This document shows, piece after piece, positions 60,641 through 64,000 of a DNA stretch of 64,000 bases; the first letter of the stretch is position 1, and every line of letters begins with the position of its first letter. The notes under the pieces are model-generated. The model ran no database searches and was not told the origin of the DNA. It worked only from the letters and a program-made list of their open reading frames with translations. This stretch comes from Basidiobolus meristosporus CBS 931.73 (Eukaryota; Fungi; Basidiobolomycota), in NCBI GenBank assembly GCA_002104905.1, contig MCFE01000033.1:150923-214922 (forward strand). The letters run 5' to 3'. The position numbers and the translations under genes were made by a program.

Positions 60641-63080
60641 CTTAGGGTAGGGGGGGAGACAGTCACCAACAGGTGAAATCTTTATTTCAGTTGAAACAAA
60701 GTAGCCAGCGCTACTGTTGTAGCTTTGATACAAGAGTGTGTAGCTGAGGGGAATTTGTAGGTAAGTTAATAAGAAGTGATGATAGTTCTTCAGTGCTCAA
60801 GACACTGTTCAGTGGGAAGGGGGGTAGCAAGAGAGGTAAGAATGACTTGTGAACAACATTAATGAGGGGAATGTGATAAGGATTGATATTCATCATAAAG
60901 GGAGTGTGCTGCTGCAGATATTGCTGCCAAAGGACTGTCAAGTACTTCAGGTAGGACAGCTTGGGTTTTTCTGACTGCAGAATATATTGAGCAAACTTCT
61001 TGACTTCAGGATCTCCAAGTATAGTTCTCCAGCAGGAGCCAGGTGTAGTGTGATGTGTTCTCTTCCAGGCCTTAATCAGTGGGTTGTTGCAGTGGTGAAG
61101 TCTGAGATATAATCTGGTTCTAAGGTAGAGAAGTCTGATCTTATAGGGCATAAACCCAAAAGCACCAAGAATAGCATGTCTGTAGGGGCATTCAGGCAAA
61201 TGAGGCACCAAGGAGGTAATGCACCATACTGCAAACTTGTCAAGCTTAGTGCAGTCTCTAGAAGTAAGAGAGAGAAGTGGTAAGCCAAACTCCAGGACAG
61301 GGAAGACAAACTGCTTGAGTAGAAGGAGGCAGCTGGGAGCTGAAGTTGTTGGAGGAGCAACAGCCAGTAGCTTGTGGAGTGCCTGTCTTGCCAGGATAAT
61401 TCTCTTCTTCAGGTGTGCTCCAGAGTCTAGTCCAGTAGGAAGGAAAGGAAAGCCAAGATATGTAGCAGAAGCCTGAGCAGGTAGAGTGGAGTTCTCCAAG
61501 TTGATGGGAGAGCCCAAAGGTACTGTCTTTGCAATGGAAAGCTGAAGATTATTCTTCTGCAGATACTGGTGGATGGTCTGGGAGTCTTGTTGCACATTGG
61601 AGGAGGATATTCTGATGTCATCAGCAAAGAGACTAACCAGGCAGTCAGCTGAGAGTCTTGGGAAATCATTCAGGAAGATGGCAAACAGTATAGGACCAAG
61701 CACAGAGCCTTGAACCACTCCATTAGGAACTGAGAACACAGCTGATTGCTCACTTGGGTGCAGAATTCTTGCTTGTGGATCCAGAAACAGAGACCTGACA
61801 AGGAGGGTGAGAGAGGTACTGGAGAAGCATTGCAACTTGGACCAAAGCAGATTTCTGTCAACTGAATCAAAGGCCTTAGTAATATCAAACAGAACTGAGG
61901 GATACTTGCACTGGAGAGAGTGATCTTGGCCAAGTATGACTGCATATTCCAAGGAGAGGCCAGGAACAAAGCCAAACTGTGCAGGATGAAACTTGAGGGA
62001 GTCAGAGTAGAGCTCCTGAGCAAGCAGAAGCTCAAACACCTTTCTGCAGGTGGGCAGCAGAGATATTGGCCTGTAGGAGCTAGGATCCAGGTGCTTTCCT
62101 TTACCCTTGTACAGTGGCAAAACATTTGCAAAGGACCATTCCTCAGGAGTAGAAAGCTGGGCTGAGCATTGCTGAAACAGTGGAAGCAGAAGTGCAGACA
62201 TGGCCTTGGTACTAGTCTTCAGAAGCTCATAGGAGATTGTGTCCACACCTGGAGCAGTAGAGTTGGGAAGCCTCTTGAGCACATTATGGATTCTCCTTTG
62301 ATCAAGTGCAAGTGGGATGGGCAGAGTTGTGAAGTCAGGATGAAAGCCAGGAGTTCAGTACTGCTTTGTAGAGAAGAAGATGTTAGCCAGCTGTTCTGTT
62401 GAAGGTAACTTCCTGGAAGAGGGCCTCATTGCCCTGTAGAGTCTTAATACTGTTCTTGTTATAGAGTTGGAAGATTGCAGAGGCAAAGAACTCATAATAT
62501 GATCCCAGAGCTGAGTATGCAGAGTGTGGTGAATTGCCTTGGAGTGGTGTATGGCTGTCAGGAGGAGTTTCTCTGTTTTTGGGTTAGGGAAACTCAGGTA
62601 GCTTTGTTGCAGGGCTGAAACAATGAATTCCCATTTTCTTGATATAACAGCAGTAGTCTTGCATGGCAGTGAGAGGGAGGCAGACACCAGAATCAGATGC
62701 TTCACAAAGAGCCAGGCATAGTTGAGATCATCTGGCAGAGAAAGTAGCAAACAGGCAAGCTTCAAGTAGTTCCCAAAGTCTTTCTTCTGATTCTTGGTAG
62801 CTTTGTGGGTGAGCACAGTAAGTTTTGGCAGCTTCTTCTTCACAACTGGTTGCATAGAAAGGGACCAGGCTGGGTGGTCAGAGGCTCTCAAGGATCCTAG
62901 CTCAGCTCCAGAGAATTGCTTGACTTCATTCACAAAGTAGAGGGCAGCAGCAGAAGGACAGATCCAGTCAACACATCTTTTCTCAGATTGAGCACCTAGT
63001 GCTAGCAGGTGGCTTTCTCTCAGGAAGTTCAGTAGGAATGTAGACCTTGGCTTCATTCTTGCAGTCAGAGTAGTCTTGTT
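60641..63080 (-). mobile_element. Telomere-associated non-LTR retrotransposon unit B: partial APE endonuclease plus RT, one reading frame broken only by TGA at 62355-62357
   Basis: APE C-terminal motifs (CVDWI, SDHP); RT motifs APGVD, YRPISLL, QFGF, DITKAFDSV, GVVQGSVLGP, FADD, YLG; ORFs 62355-63167 and 60711-62282 share a frame. Confidence 0.93.
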
Positions 63081-63767
63081 CTTAGGGGTTAGGGGAGGGA
63101 AAGTCACCAAGTTGGTGAAATCTTTATTTGAGTTAAGACCTAATCTAGGTACAAATAAAGAAGCCAATTAAGAGGTCTAGAACCTCTCTAATAAATAATC
63201 TAATTTATGTTTTGTTTCATCTCTAATGTTTGTTTCAATAAAGTAAAGCTCATCAGGGGTAAATATAAAATTCAGGGGTTTTGGGGGAAGTACAAATTGT
63301 AGATGTTTCTGATCAATATAATCCAAGACTGGAACCCAGCCTGGGATTAGGTGTAGTAGGAAGGGTGTGTGGACTTGTAAGTAGCTCTGCCACATAGATC
63401 TTAGATGGTCCTGAGCCAGTAGTCTTGGTTTCTCAGCTTTTTGAAGTTTTGAAGCAAGCTCTGTTACTACAGCAGAGCCAACCAGGGTGTGCCAGCAAGA
63501 AGATTTCAGGGAGGAGTTAGATTGAAGCCATTGTTTGATGGAGGGGTTATGTGATTTCTGAAGTTTGACTAGGAAGGAAGCACAGAGATAGACCATTCGG
63601 ATTTGGTATGGGTAGAAGCCAAAGGCTCCATTAGTTGCATGGATATAGGGAGATACTGGAAGATAAGGTACCAAGGATCTGATACACTGATGGAGAAATT
63701 TATCCAGGCGGTGAAGTTCTCTGGAGGTTAGGGGTATAATGTGGAGACCAAACTCAAGTACCGGCAC
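63081..63767 (-). mobile_element. Telomere-associated non-LTR retroelement unit C (5'-truncated, related subfamily) abutting the telomere
   Basis: ORF 63177-63767 aligns with the post-RT domain of unit B (PVLEFGL..LTSR..LDKF..CI.SLVP.LP..PY.HA..GAFGF.PY.IR); same 3' tail. Confidence 0.9.
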
Positions 63768-64000
63768 TTAGGGTTAGGGTTAGGGTTAGGGTTAGGGTTA
63801 GGGTTAGGGTTAGGGTTAGGGTTAGGGTTAGGGTTAGGGTTAGGGTTAGGGTTAGGGTTAGGTAGGTTAGGGTTAGGGTTAGGGTTAGGGTTAGGGTTAG
63901 GGTTAGGGTTAGGGTTAGGGTTAGGGTTAGGGTTAGGGTTAGGGTTAGGGTTAGGGTTAGGGTTAGGGTTAGGGTTAGGGTTAGGGTTAGGGTTAGGTTA
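63768..64000 (+). repeat. Telomeric repeat array (TTAGGG)n
   Basis: About 38 units running to the window end, G-rich strand oriented outward, one variant (ttaggtagg) near 63860. Confidence 0.99.

Noticed and set aside
63082-63167. N-terminus of ORF 62355-63167 (KDFTN) as the APE GDFN motif or the true start
   Set aside because: This stretch is the 3' UTR of unit C (homologous to the tails of A and B) and is only fortuitously in frame with unit B.
1-64000. tRNA, rRNA or snoRNA genes
   Set aside because: No cloverleaf with A/B boxes or rRNA-like sequence recognised; GTTCGA hits at about 21526 and 38896 lack supporting structure. tRNAscan-SE or Infernal would be decisive.

Overview
Right-hand end of a eukaryotic chromosome, ending in about 233 bp of (TTAGGG)n. 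The source is an intron-rich fungus with short GT-AG introns (about 55-80 nt, CTAAC-type branch points). Retention of CNOT10, Gemin6, mS34, SLC25A46 and a serpin points to an early-diverging (non-Dikarya) fungus; Basidiobolus-like is my inference only. 1-15.5 kb: dense housekeeping genes (SDS22, NOP10, GEMIN6, SLC25A46, flavin reductase, CNOT10, GCV3, serpin, SSL1, GCN20, Swc3-like/GATA). 17-34.5 kb: seven intronless concentrative nucleoside transporter (CNT) paralogs. 35.8-48.2 kb: GH18 chitinase with a predicted 4-nt microexon, a divergent FTR1/FET3 pair with SreA-type GATA boxes, NAP1, mS34, a GNAT and a b5-reductase-like gene. 49.2-60.3 kb: CpG-depleted nested LTR retrotransposons, namely a copia inside its own family plus a Gag-protease-only gypsy-like element with 38-bp inverted ends. 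60.3-63.8 kb: the broken copia is capped by three head-to-tail non-LTR retroelements. All point 5' end to the telomere, all end in a conserved two-hairpin plus CCCTAAG telomere-mimic tail, and the last is capped by telomeric repeats. This terminal retroelement array is the most striking system in the window. All gene models and motif calls were made by eye, without database searches.
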